Source of the DNA: Escherichia phage Phi1
Sequence record: EF437941
Direction: 5' to 3' (one strand)
DNA: 64,000 bases
The notes beneath the pieces are model-generated. The model made no database searches, was not told where the DNA came from, and saw only the letters and a list, made by a program, of their open reading frames with translations. Positions 44,695-54,629 of the stretch are shown in pieces. Numbering within the stretch: the stretch's first letter is position 1; every line of letters starts with the position of its first letter. Made by a program: the position numbers and the translations under genes.

Positions 44695-47600
44695 ATGGCA
44701 GATTTTTCTCAACATTTCAAGGCCACATTTGGCTTTGACGCTGGTAATGAAAAGGTCGTCAATGTAGCATTGGCTGATAAGAATGTCAACACCGATGCGG
44801 TCAACGTTGAATTTTTCAATTACCATAATGGTATTACTCAGTATGACACAACTCGCGGTTATGATCAATACGGAACTACAATCTATCAAAACCGTCCGTA
44901 TTATGCAAAAGAAGATATCACAAAGCCAGCAGGTGATTTTGACCCGACTAAATGGCAAGCACTGCGCACGGACCCACGTTGGGATTATATTGCAGCAACT
45001 TCCGGTGATACTCCTTTACAGTCTGGTGATTATATCGCAGCAGATGGTCAATTTGCAAACTTGACTTTCTCTATGCCAACTAAACCAGCAGAGGGAGACA
45101 CTATAACAGTAAAAGATATCGGTGGCAAGTGTGGTGTTAACGAATTATCGTTCTTGAGTTCAGGACATGAGTTTTACCATAACGGTAATGTGTATAACCG
45201 AAAATGGTATTGTACTACCCCGTATGCAATGAACTATTTCATCTTTGTTCGTAATCGTTGGCATGTTTATCAGACAGGAACAGAGCCACGCGGTGTGTAC
45301 GCACAGCCAGCGATTGATGCTATTCAAATGCAGAATGGTGATCAGGTATTTCGTCGTAGTTCATTGGGTAATATTACCTTAGTGCTTCCTAAGTTTGCCA
45401 ACAATGGCGACATGATCCAGACTACAGACCTTGACGGATTAACCGCAACCAACCACGTTACGGTTAAAGTTCATGAGCACGCAGAAGAACAATCAATTGG
45501 CACGTCCGGTCTAAAAGAGATTATCGGTAAGCGTAGCGGTCATGGTGTATTCATCTTTGACAAGACGGAAAACTTATGGCGTTTGTGGGATGGTGATCAG
45601 TCTGTTCGTCTTAAACCGATCATCGATGACACTCGCTTGCAACCTAATAGCTATGTTGCTGTATTTGGTGATCGTGATGTTACTCTGACGCTGCCGACCA
45701 ATGTCGAGCCGGGTGATCGTATTCAAGTTTCTATGCAGTATATGCACGGAAACCAGAATTGCCGTATTATCACCGCCACAGAGGATACAAAAATCCTTAT
45801 GTCGAAAAACATGGTTCAGTTGCCGAAGCGTAGCGAGTACCCATTCAATGGGACCGATACATGGAAGGAAGTGTCTGAATTGTCGTTCAATGCGGCTAGT
45901 GATTATGTACCTTATCTGGAGTTCTCTTATTCAGAAGGTGATGATGGTAAGAAACATTGGCTGGTAGCACACTCTCATCCGATCGTCGAACGAGTAGACC
46001 CTACTCGTAAAGAGCGTGTGGGTGTAATTGCACTGGCTACCCAAACTGAAACGAATAAAAACCATGAAGAGAATCCTAGCGACGAAGTTGCAGTAACACC
46101 AAAAATGCTGGCTAATAAAACCGCCAACGAAACTCGACGCGGTATTGCTCGCATTGCGACTCAAGCGGAAACGCATCAAGATACTGGTTCTAACTTCCTG
46201 GATGATGTTATCGTTACGCCTAAAAAGTTAAATGACTGTGTTGCTACCGAAGCCCGTCGTGGTGTGATGGAAATTGCAACCCAGCACGAAACCAATGAAG
46301 GTTTAGACGATACCCGCGCTATTACTCCTAAGAAATTAGAAGAACGTCGCGCTTCCGAAGATCTCGCTGGTATTGCTGAAATTGTTCAGGTTGGCGGTAG
46401 TGCTGCCGCTCGACGCGGCGAAGCTGGTACAGGGATCTATAACATCAATGACCATGCTAAAATTGTTACGCCAAAAAACATCAACGAAGTCAAGGCGACC
46501 GAAACTTCCCGTGGTGTTGGCTATCTGGCAACTGACGCGGAAGTGCAAGGGGCTACAGAATCAACCCCGCAAGATGCTTTACTAATCACGACTCGCACGC
46601 TAACGAAACGTACTGCTACCGAATCGCGCACTGGTATCGCTGAAATTGCAACTCAGGAAGAAACAAACTTAGGTCAAAGTGATAACCATATCATCACGCC
46701 TAAAAAGCTGCATACTCGCCGTGCAACGGAAACTTTACACGGTTTAGCAGAAATTGCAACTCAGCCGGAATTTGACGCAGGTCTTGACGATGCTCGCATT
46801 TCTACCCCATTGAAGATTAAAACCTTCTTTGAGAATGCACAGCGTTTGAAAGTAGATCCGACTCAGGGGCTTAACCTTACTGGTGATTTGTGGCAAGGTA
46901 TCATGATCCGCGGTCTGGACGCAACCGAAGACACAAAAGGTGTCGCTAAAGTTGCTACTACTCAGCTTACGGATGCTGGTCAAGATGATACTACAATCAT
47001 CACGCCTAAAAAGCTGCAAGGCAAAAAGGCCACAGAAGGTAAAGAAGGTATTATCCGAGTTGGTACTCAAGCCGAAACCGTGGCTGGTACACTGGCTAAT
47101 GTAGCAATTTCTCCGAAGAACTTCAAATATGTTGTTCAGACAGAGGATACATGGAAAGCAACCGAAGCGCGTCGTGGATTCTTGAAAGTTGCTACTCAGG
47201 AAAACTGTTTTGTTGGTGATAATCTGCAAGGTTCTACTCAAGAACTAGGAAACTACCAGCATGACGGAATTGCTGTTACCCCGAAAGGATTAAACTACGC
47301 ACTTGCTAATTTCTTACCTAAGATGGCAACCGCTCAGAATAGTTTGAAATTAGGTAACGTAGAGGCCGCTAAATGGGCGCGTAGAGACATTGACCAGACC
47401 ATAGAGAGCAATTACACGTTTAATAAAAACGTTAACGTGAAGGGCGATTTAGAGTGCTTAAAATCAGGTTCCTTTGAAACTCTGTATGTGACTAAGAACT
47501 CTACTGATGATCCGAGTAATGGTCATCTGGTGTTGGGTGAGCGTGGAGTTGACGGTCACACCGGAATTACTCTGCATGGCACAACCGCATCGGAAGGCAT

Positions 47601-48435
47601 GAAAAACTCCTGGTCTATTATCGTTGGTGGTACTGGAACGGCGCAAGCAGTTAATAGTGGCGCTATCGCTTTCGGTCAAATCAATGATGGTGGAGTCGTC
47701 GAGCATTACGCCTTTGCTATGGAACACACTGGCGACGCGACAGCATATAGAAACTTTATGGCAGGTCGTAACCTGTATGCAAAACAAGGCGGTTTATACA
47801 TTGTTGACCTGTCTAATCCGGCAATGACTCGTTCCTCAGATGGTATGCTGAATATCGGTCACGGTGGAAGTGTTAACATCAAGGCAGGTTATCAGAATCT
47901 GACTACAGAGATCGCCGGACAGAAATATCAGATCGTACACACAGGAAACGCTGACGAAGTTCTTAACCGTCAGTTTGTTAAGAATGCTGGCGATACAATG
48001 GTCGGTAAGCTGACTATGGATAATGCGCCTATTGTTTCTGTTAAGCATGAAGCTAGCGCGGCAACCGCCCCGGCAATCGGTAACATCGGTTTCTGGAATA
48101 TGCGAGTTACTACCCAGAACATCAAAGAAACTTATCCAGAGAAGAAAAACGGTACTCTGATGCAATGGGGTACTGACGCGGACGGGCTTACCCAGCTTTG
48201 GTCCCCTGATGGTACTCATAAACATTATATCCGTTCCGGTACTGGTGGTCAATGGACCGCATGGGGTGAAATTTACACCAAACAGAACAAACCTACCGCC
48301 CAGGAAATCGGGGCAGTAGTTGCAGAAGGTGGTTTAATGAACTCTATGACGGTGCGTGACTGGATCAAGGTTGGTAATGTTAAAATCATCGCCAATAATC
48401 TGACTCGTACCGTAGACTTTATCTGGGAAGACTAA
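44695..48435 (+). CDS. 34: Long tail fibre proximal subunit gp34
   Basis: Extensive similarity to T4 gp34 (ALADKNV, GVIALATQ, ETRRGIARIAT repeats); start at MADFSQ with AAGGAG RBS. Confidence 0.9.
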   Translation: MADFSQHFKATFGFDAGNEKVVNVALADKNVNTDAVNVEFFNYHNGITQYDTTRGYDQYGTTIYQNRPYYAKEDITKPAGDFDPTKWQALRTDPRWDYIAATSGDTPLQSGDYIAADGQFANLTFSMPTKPAEGDTITVKDIGGKCGVNELSFLSSGHEFYHNGNVYNRKWYCTTPYAMNYFIFVRNRWHVYQTGTEPRGVYAQPAIDAIQMQNGDQVFRRSSLGNITLVLPKFANNGDMIQTTDLDGLTATNHVTVKVHEHAEEQSIGTSGLKEIIGKRSGHGVFIFDKTENLWRLWDGDQSVRLKPIIDDTRLQPNSYVAVFGDRDVTLTLPTNVEPGDRIQVSMQYMHGNQNCRIITATEDTKILMSKNMVQLPKRSEYPFNGTDTWKEVSELSFNAASDYVPYLEFSYSEGDDGKKHWLVAHSHPIVERVDPTRKERVGVIALATQTETNKNHEENPSDEVAVTPKMLANKTANETRRGIARIATQAETHQDTGSNFLDDVIVTPKKLNDCVATEARRGVMEIATQHETNEGLDDTRAITPKKLEERRASEDLAGIAEIVQVGGSAAARRGEAGTGIYNINDHAKIVTPKNINEVKATETSRGVGYLATDAEVQGATESTPQDALLITTRTLTKRTATESRTGIAEIATQEETNLGQSDNHIITPKKLHTRRATETLHGLAEIATQPEFDAGLDDARISTPLKIKTFFENAQRLKVDPTQGLNLTGDLWQGIMIRGLDATEDTKGVAKVATTQLTDAGQDDTTIITPKKLQGKKATEGKEGIIRVGTQAETVAGTLANVAISPKNFKYVVQTEDTWKATEARRGFLKVATQENCFVGDNLQGSTQELGNYQHDGIAVTPKGLNYALANFLPKMATAQNSLKLGNVEAAKWARRDIDQTIESNYTFNKNVNVKGDLECLKSGSFETLYVTKNSTDDPSNGHLVLGERGVDGHTGITLHGTTASEGMKNSWSIIVGGTGTAQAVNSGAIAFGQINDGGVVEHYAFAMEHTGDATAYRNFMAGRNLYAKQGGLYIVDLSNPAMTRSSDGMLNIGHGGSVNIKAGYQNLTTEIAGQKYQIVHTGNADEVLNRQFVKNAGDTMVGKLTMDNAPIVSVKHEASAATAPAIGNIGFWNMRVTTQNIKETYPEKKNGTLMQWGTDADGLTQLWSPDGTHKHYIRSGTGGQWTAWGEIYTKQNKPTAQEIGAVVAEGGLMNSMTVRDWIKVGNVKIIANNLTRTVDFIWED

Positions 48436-48440
48436 TTAAA

Positions 48441-48456
48441 GGGGGCGAAAGCCCCC
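48441..48456 (+). promoter_or_regulatory. Intercistronic GNRA-type stem-loop (GGGGGC-GAAA-GCCCCC)
   Basis: Same hairpin as in the td-nrdA junction, between genes 34 and 35; no U-tract. Confidence 0.4.
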
Positions 48457-48469
48457 ATATGGGGTTATT

Positions 48470-49609
48470 ATGACACAAGAGATAGAATTACGCAACACTG
48501 GAATTAGGTTTGCGCATTTCGACGAAGACTCTGCGACATTTACCAGCATTTCAGAAAATAACTCTGTGATGTATAAGCTGGAAGTGCGCGGATCTAATGC
48601 GGATTCTACCAAACCAGCAAGAATTAGATTTAATGGAGTGGAGATTGTTGGCACTGGCTATGAAAATGGCCTAAATTTTAAAGTTCTTACTCCAACTGGA
48701 CAATTACACGAAGAAAAGGTATTCTATGGTCGCGGTGCTGTTTTGGCAATGCGTGATTATCTTTCTTTGCTGAAAGGTGACTATATCATTGCGATGGCAA
48801 CGCATGGAGAATTGTTTGCAGATCCGATAAGTGATGATGTATTTTCTAAGCTGGGATCTGTATCATTCCCGAATCACATTTTGTTACAGCAAATGCCTCG
48901 TGTATCATATGCAGCAATTTATTCTACTAAAATGGGTAAAATTGTGTGCGAAGGTATGCAAGCGACCCACGGGGAAGGACAAGATTCATCTATACAAATT
49001 GAGAAAGTCTATGATACTATAGATGATCTTGCTATAACAGGAACACCACAACGATTTTTAGATTATCCGGTTGAGTATGTGAGCGAAGATGCCGAACATT
49101 TCGAGCTAATACAATGGCCTCACGATGAGATCAGCGCCCCACTTGAGGATTTTAACATAAAGGCAGGTGACAAACTATCAATATCCTTTGAATTGTTCCG
49201 TGATAGTGCCGCAGCCGCAGCCAACGTAACAGCGCGTTTCTATCACAACTACTTCACCGATGGACAATATCAAACTGGTGTTCGATACAATGCCAGCAAA
49301 AAAGACCAATGGGAAAAGTTTGAAGCCGTCTATACCGTACCGGAAGGAGTTGATAGTGTAGTAACTGGTTGTATCAGATATCCAACCAACTCCAATGAAG
49401 GTATTGTTAAAATTAGAAACATACTAATAACGCCGATCAGTGGAGTCGTCAAAACTACTGGTCCTACTTCATTTGGTGTTAATGGTGTTAGAACAACTCA
49501 TATTCAGGATAACGGTGATTTTACTAACCCTGTAATGAGTCTTCTTAAACTACCCAGAGATAATAAACACATCACATCCAACAACTTTAAAGAGTTTGAT
49601 GTTGATTAA
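48470..49609 (+). CDS. 35: Long tail fibre hinge protein gp35
   Basis: 379 aa (T4 gp35 is 372 aa); conserved position. Confidence 0.8.
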   Translation: MTQEIELRNTGIRFAHFDEDSATFTSISENNSVMYKLEVRGSNADSTKPARIRFNGVEIVGTGYENGLNFKVLTPTGQLHEEKVFYGRGAVLAMRDYLSLLKGDYIIAMATHGELFADPISDDVFSKLGSVSFPNHILLQQMPRVSYAAIYSTKMGKIVCEGMQATHGEGQDSSIQIEKVYDTIDDLAITGTPQRFLDYPVEYVSEDAEHFELIQWPHDEISAPLEDFNIKAGDKLSISFELFRDSAAAAANVTARFYHNYFTDGQYQTGVRYNASKKDQWEKFEAVYTVPEGVDSVVTGCIRYPTNSNEGIVKIRNILITPISGVVKTTGPTSFGVNGVRTTHIQDNGDFTNPVMSLLKLPRDNKHITSNNFKEFDVD

Positions 49610-49630
49610 CATTTTTTACAAGCCGATCCA

Positions 49631-49660
49631 TGTGGTCGGCTTTATTTTTATACAGTTGGT
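49631..49660 (+). terminator. Rho-independent terminator after gene 35
   Basis: AGCCGATCCATGTGGTCGGCT hairpin followed by TTTATTTTTA. Confidence 0.7.
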
Positions 49661-49770
49661 TAAAATGTAACCAAAACGAAGAAAGATCTTTAGAATAATA
49701 GAAAATTTGTTTCGGTTAAAAATTAGTCAGTGCCTACGGCACGTCGCGAAGCGATATTTTGTTAACATTC

Positions 49771-49778
49771 TATAAATA
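49771..49778 (+). promoter_or_regulatory. T4-type late promoter box TATAAATA upstream of gene 36
   Basis: Exact TATAAATA about 34 nt upstream of the gp36 ATG. Confidence 0.65.
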
Positions 49779-49811
49779 CTCGGAACTATAACTAATTTTT
49801 GAGGTTACTTT

Positions 49812-51302
49812 ATGGCAGATTTGAAATATGGATCTACTGTAGGTGGATCTCCCATTTGGACGCAAGGAAACTTGACGATCCAGCCAGCGGGGGATCAGCT
49901 TTTCTACAAAGGTCATAAAATCTATACCGCTTTTGATAGACCTTCGGCTACCGATTTTGATGCTGTTAGTGCATCCGAAGGTGGCACATTTCAAAAGCAA
50001 GTTCATTTCGAGGAAGGTTTAAGCGTAGGTAGCGCATCGGCTGGAGAAACTAAAAAGAATGGTATCTTTAAAGGTCAGAGTGACGCTGCTAATTTTGACG
50101 GTGTAAGCTGGGGTTTGCATTCATGGAAGTCAATCGGCTTTGTTAATGCCCGTGATGGCGTTATAATGGCGTATATTGACACCACAACGGGCGAATTTAA
50201 GTCTAAAGGGACTATCGAAGGGACAACCATTAAAGACACAGGTCAACGCGTCTATAGCCCTGTTAATAAACCAACGAATAATGATTTAGATTTGGTGTCT
50301 CGTCGCGGTGATACCCTCACAGGAACATATAATTTAAACACCGTCACTGTTAAACTATCGGTTGATTCGAAATTAATTGCAAGGGAACGTGATTTAATTA
50401 ATTTTGATGCGACTAAGATCTATTATGGTAACGTTCTTGATACGTTGGTATTCCGAAGTAAAGATGAGCCTACCATTTTTGTTAATGGCAAAGAAGGTCG
50501 TTTTTATCACACCAACAATAAACCAACTAAAGCCGATGTTGGACTAGGCAATGTCACCAATGATGCACAGGTTAAACGTGCTGGTGATATTATGGAAGGT
50601 AACTTGCAAGCGCCTAGAATGTTGGCGACAAACGATCCTGCTGGTCCGAATGAATTGGTTCGTTTGAGCTACTTTGAGAGAAAATCAATGGTAGCAAATC
50701 CAACCATCATTGGAAACGTTGATTGGAACACTCTTATTAATCGCGGTATCTATCGTGTGGAAAATGCTGGGTCGGGTACTAATAAACCGTCTGATAGCTA
50801 TTATAACGGCGTTTTGATGGTATATCGCCCAGAAGATGCGGTCGGTACTCGTCGAATTGTTCAGGTGTATTATCCTGAATCTATTGACCATCCGATGTGC
50901 TGGCGTTCTTGTTCTAATGAATCATGGACTGCATGGAACTATGTAGATCACCGTAAATTAGCCGATATTCGCTATGTTAACGTAACTGGCGATACCATGA
51001 CAGGACCGTTAACTGTTCCGGCGGCAAACGGTGTTAGAACAGCTAAAACTAACTATAATGGGGATAATTGCTATGCAGCCTTAAGTGGTGCTGATGGCAC
51101 TGCTATGATTCACCGTATCAGTGATATTAAAGGGACCGAAAAGCTGGGGATCACCCACGACTCAAAGGTCGTGTTTTTCCGTTCTAGAAACAATACTCAA
51201 ACCGTGGACCGCTATCAGCTTTATCATGAAGGTAATAAACCTACTCCGGCTGATGTTGGCGCAGTTCCACTTAATGCGGTGATTGATTTTGGTACTTTCT
51301 AA
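49812..51302 (+). CDS. 36: Long tail fibre distal connector gp36 (expanded)
   Basis: N-terminus MADLKYGSTVGGSPIWTQGN matches T4 gp36, but 496 aa against ~221 aa in T4. Confidence 0.8.
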   Translation: MADLKYGSTVGGSPIWTQGNLTIQPAGDQLFYKGHKIYTAFDRPSATDFDAVSASEGGTFQKQVHFEEGLSVGSASAGETKKNGIFKGQSDAANFDGVSWGLHSWKSIGFVNARDGVIMAYIDTTTGEFKSKGTIEGTTIKDTGQRVYSPVNKPTNNDLDLVSRRGDTLTGTYNLNTVTVKLSVDSKLIARERDLINFDATKIYYGNVLDTLVFRSKDEPTIFVNGKEGRFYHTNNKPTKADVGLGNVTNDAQVKRAGDIMEGNLQAPRMLATNDPAGPNELVRLSYFERKSMVANPTIIGNVDWNTLINRGIYRVENAGSGTNKPSDSYYNGVLMVYRPEDAVGTRRIVQVYYPESIDHPMCWRSCSNESWTAWNYVDHRKLADIRYVNVTGDTMTGPLTVPAANGVRTAKTNYNGDNCYAALSGADGTAMIHRISDIKGTEKLGITHDSKVVFFRSRNNTQTVDRYQLYHEGNKPTPADVGAVPLNAVIDFGTF

Positions 51303-51306
51303 TTTT

Positions 51307-51331
51307 AGCGGGGATTATCTCCCCGCTTTTC
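51307..51331 (+). terminator. Rho-independent terminator after gene 36
   Basis: AGCGGGGATTATCTCCCCGCT hairpin followed by TTTTCT. Confidence 0.55.
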
Positions 51332-51372
51332 TAAATAATATTATTCTAATAACCGTTTAAGGATTTTATAAA

Positions 51373-54315
51373 ATGGCAGATTTAAGCAGAATCCAATTTA
51401 AACGCACTAGCACTAAAGGTCGTAAACCTGATGCTAGTACGATGAATCCGGGGGAATTGGCAATCAACCTTGCGGATCAATATCTTCTTACTAAAAATGA
51501 TTCCGGTGCTATTATCAATTTAAGTTGTCCTCCGGTTTATGACCGCGATGTTACAATGGCGGGTAAGGTTAAAGGTAATAATTATATCTTAAGTAAAACC
51601 GCCAACTATCTGGAAGATCAGACAGCGCGAGATCTTAATTACTTTGGTGCTTTCCGAACTAATGGACAAGATGGTCTTTTAGATCTAACTCTTAATGTTC
51701 CTCATTCTGCTGGCGTTAATCATGGTCGAGGATTTACTTTCCGTTATGCGACTGGCGGATCTCGTGTTGAAACCTATGGGTATAATGCACAGGGACAAAA
51801 AGCATTTAGCTATAAAATGTATCATGAAGGTGATAAACCTACCCCATCGGAATTGAACGTTTATAGCAAACAAGAAGTTGACCGTATGTTTGTTAAAACC
51901 GTTAAACTTGCTACAGTTCCTGTTGATATCGTTGACGGTTATTTTAAATTAGCAACTGCAATGATTCCGCAAAACGGTCGTAGTGTATTTTTCCGTATTC
52001 ATGGTGGTAACGGATATAACGTTACTGCATACGATCAAGTTGATATTGTAGAAATTGTTATTCGCAGTGGAAATAATCGTCCTAAAGGTGTTAACGTTAT
52101 TGCATACCGCCGAAATACAAACAAAGCATTTGATGTTTTGGCTGTTAATACTTCGGGTGATAACTATGATATCTACGTGAAATATCAGCGTTACACTGAT
52201 AACGTTATTGTTGAATTTGGTAAAAGTGTTGATGTTGATCTGGTGGTTCATGACGTTCCAGACTTTGTTGTTGATCGTCCTGTTGGCGATAATGTTATTG
52301 GCGGTCGCGCGGTAACTCTTTTCAACACCGAAAACAAACGAGGTGTGTTGAGTTTTGACGATAACACACAAAATAGTTATGATATTGTTCACTTGAGTAA
52401 TGATAGGGGTACTGGACGGAAATATATTCGTAAATTCCGTAGCAACTATAACGAAATGATCTGGCATGAGACGGTTCAAGGTTCTACTTATCGACTCGCC
52501 ACGGGTAGTACAGATGCCCAGGAGATTCTATCCGTTGAATCTAGTAGCTCTATTGCTGGGACTCATAAAGGTAATATTCTTTCTGGTCGAATGATGTTGG
52601 GTGGTGGTAGTAATGTTATTACCTTGCGGCGTCCTGCTGGTCAATCCAACCATATTACGTTTCAAGATAATCGGACTGGATCTATTACCCGTCAAGGGTG
52701 GATCGGTTATGGTAATGCTGATACTAACGTTTTTGAATGGTATAGTGATGTGGGTGGTAGTTCTATTCGTCACCACATCGACGGACAGATCGAATTTCAG
52801 ACAGGTAACACAAAACGAGTTTATACTAACGCTCAATTCATCTCAATGAATAGCGACGCCTACCGAATGCTCTACGGTAATTACGGTGCATTCTGGCGTA
52901 ATGACGGCGTTAAAGTTTATCTTCTTTCTACTGCCGAAAATGATAAATTGGGCGGGTGGAATGCCTATCGTCCATTCATTTATGATTTAACTTCCGGTAA
53001 CGTTCAATTAGGCGGTGATGGTAACGAAGATGCATTAACGTTAGAACGTGCTTCTCGTGCCGCTCGATTTAGTAATGACGTTTACATTAAGAAAGGGCAT
53101 TTGACTTTCGACGCTGGGCGATTAAATTCCCGCGATTATTTCCGGTTTAACCATTGGGGTGATAGCAATAACGCGCGTGATAACATCTTACAGCTTGACG
53201 ATAGCATGGGTGCACACTTCACCACTGAACGTACTTTAGCAACTGGTGCAATTAAAACTAAATTCTTCGGTAATTTGGAATCTGCTGGTCAAATTAAATG
53301 GGGTAAAGGGACCGCCACATCTACGTTTACTCTACGTGTATGGGGTAGCGATAGCCGTAAACAAATATTTGAATGCGGCGATGAAAGCGGGTGGCATTGG
53401 TATACCCAACGCGCGGGCGGTCCGGATACTTCTGCAATTGAGTTTGCCATCAACGGTACTCTTAGGCCGCAAGCAATTACCACTGGCGGTAATATTATTT
53501 TGGGCGGTTCTGATATTGATTTTCGTCGCACTGGTAATAAGCATATCTGGTTTAGAGATCCGAACGGTTTAGAGTTAGGCTTGATGTACTGCGATGATGC
53601 TGGTGTTATTCGCTTCCGTGGTCAGAAACAAGCTCAGGCGTGGAAATTTGCAGATAAAATGATCCAGTTGGAATCTGGCACTGTATCCGGTGGCGGTAAT
53701 GGCCTGATTCGTGGTGAAGTTGCTGGCGGTAGTTGGGCTAGCTGGCGTGACCGTCCTGCTGGTCTTATGGTTGGGTGTCCTCAATCCGTTGACTCGGCAC
53801 ATAACGTATGGAAAGCGACGCATTGGGGTAAATATCACATTGCAGCAATGGGTGTACATGTTCCTAGTGGTACTATTACCAATGCTTTAGCTCGCCTAAA
53901 CGTTCATGACGCCAACTTTGACTTTAGCGCCTCCGGTGATATGACGATAGGTCGTAACGGTTCGTTTAACGATGTTTACATTCGTTCTGATGCTCGCCTT
54001 AAAATCAATAAGGAAGAGTATAAAGAGAATGCCACAGATAAAGTTAATCGCTTGACGGTATACACCTATGACAAGGTTAAATCTTTAACCGACCGTACTG
54101 TCATTGCTCATGAAGTTGGTATTATTGCTCAGGATCTTGAAAAAGAATTGCCGGAAGCCGTAACAACTTCTAAGATCGGCGACCCAGATAATCCAGAAGA
54201 GATCTTAACAATTTCTAACTCTGCTGTCAACGCTCTTTTAATTAAGGCGTTTCAGGAAATGAGCGAAGAATTGAAAGCCGTTAAAGCTGAACTAGCGGAA
54301 CTTAAAAAGAATTAA
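51373..54315 (+). CDS. 37: Long tail fibre distal subunit gp37 with C-terminal intramolecular-chaperone-like domain
   Basis: N-terminus IQFKRTS...PGELAINL matches T4 gp37; C-terminal ~110 aa (SDARLKINKEEYKE...AVKAELAELKKN) resembles self-cleaving intramolecular chaperone domains of other tail fibres. Confidence 0.85.
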   Translation: MADLSRIQFKRTSTKGRKPDASTMNPGELAINLADQYLLTKNDSGAIINLSCPPVYDRDVTMAGKVKGNNYILSKTANYLEDQTARDLNYFGAFRTNGQDGLLDLTLNVPHSAGVNHGRGFTFRYATGGSRVETYGYNAQGQKAFSYKMYHEGDKPTPSELNVYSKQEVDRMFVKTVKLATVPVDIVDGYFKLATAMIPQNGRSVFFRIHGGNGYNVTAYDQVDIVEIVIRSGNNRPKGVNVIAYRRNTNKAFDVLAVNTSGDNYDIYVKYQRYTDNVIVEFGKSVDVDLVVHDVPDFVVDRPVGDNVIGGRAVTLFNTENKRGVLSFDDNTQNSYDIVHLSNDRGTGRKYIRKFRSNYNEMIWHETVQGSTYRLATGSTDAQEILSVESSSSIAGTHKGNILSGRMMLGGGSNVITLRRPAGQSNHITFQDNRTGSITRQGWIGYGNADTNVFEWYSDVGGSSIRHHIDGQIEFQTGNTKRVYTNAQFISMNSDAYRMLYGNYGAFWRNDGVKVYLLSTAENDKLGGWNAYRPFIYDLTSGNVQLGGDGNEDALTLERASRAARFSNDVYIKKGHLTFDAGRLNSRDYFRFNHWGDSNNARDNILQLDDSMGAHFTTERTLATGAIKTKFFGNLESAGQIKWGKGTATSTFTLRVWGSDSRKQIFECGDESGWHWYTQRAGGPDTSAIEFAINGTLRPQAITTGGNIILGGSDIDFRRTGNKHIWFRDPNGLELGLMYCDDAGVIRFRGQKQAQAWKFADKMIQLESGTVSGGGNGLIRGEVAGGSWASWRDRPAGLMVGCPQSVDSAHNVWKATHWGKYHIAAMGVHVPSGTITNALARLNVHDANFDFSASGDMTIGRNGSFNDVYIRSDARLKINKEEYKENATDKVNRLTVYTYDKVKSLTDRTVIAHEVGIIAQDLEKELPEAVTTSKIGDPDNPEEILTISNSAVNALLIKAFQEMSEELKAVKAELAELKKN

Positions 54316-54356
54316 GGAAAACTCCCAGGGAAGGGAACTACTAAGGAGAAACGGCT

Positions 54357-54596
54357 ATGGTCTATAATATCGTCATTGGTGCTTTGTCTAATTTCGGAAT
54401 GAAATTATTGTCAAAGTTAATTAGTGAAAAGATGCTCACTAAAATTTTCTTCTATTGCGCTCGTCGTCTTGCGGCTTATACCAATACGCCAATTGATGAT
54501 CGTTTTGTGGAAGAACTTTATAAGGAGTTTAATAAAAATCAGTCAGAAGATAGTAACGAGCAAGATAAACCTAGTGATAGTCAACTACCTAAATAA
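54357..54596 (+). CDS. Small membrane-associated protein at the gp38 position
   Basis: 79 aa with hydrophobic N-terminal helix and acidic C-terminus; no resemblance to gp38. Confidence 0.4.
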   Translation: MVYNIVIGALSNFGMKLLSKLISEKMLTKIFFYCARRLAAYTNTPIDDRFVEELYKEFNKNQSEDSNEQDKPSDSQLPK

Positions 54597-54629
54597 GAGT
54601 ACACTGTCATAGTTATCTTAGGGCGTTAT

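Noticed and set aside
45701-48252. Several track ORFs on both strands inside gene 34
   Set aside because: All lie within the well-supported 1246-aa gp34 reading frame or antisense to it, with no translation signals.
49610-49811. A 200-bp non-coding gap between genes 35 and 36 as a possible tRNA or small RNA
   Set aside because: No cloverleaf-compatible stems; the gap is accounted for by a terminator (49631..49660) and a late promoter (49771..49778). Small inverted repeats remain but are not distinctive.
51331-51372. Late promoter upstream of gene 37
   Set aside because: Only near-matches (TAAATAAT, TTATAAAA) are present, not the exact TATAAATA box; gene 37 may be read through from gene 36.
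51685-53859. Minus-strand ORFs inside gene 37 (up to 176 aa)
   Set aside because: Antisense to a confidently assigned tail-fibre gene; low-complexity Asn/Thr/Ile-rich translations.
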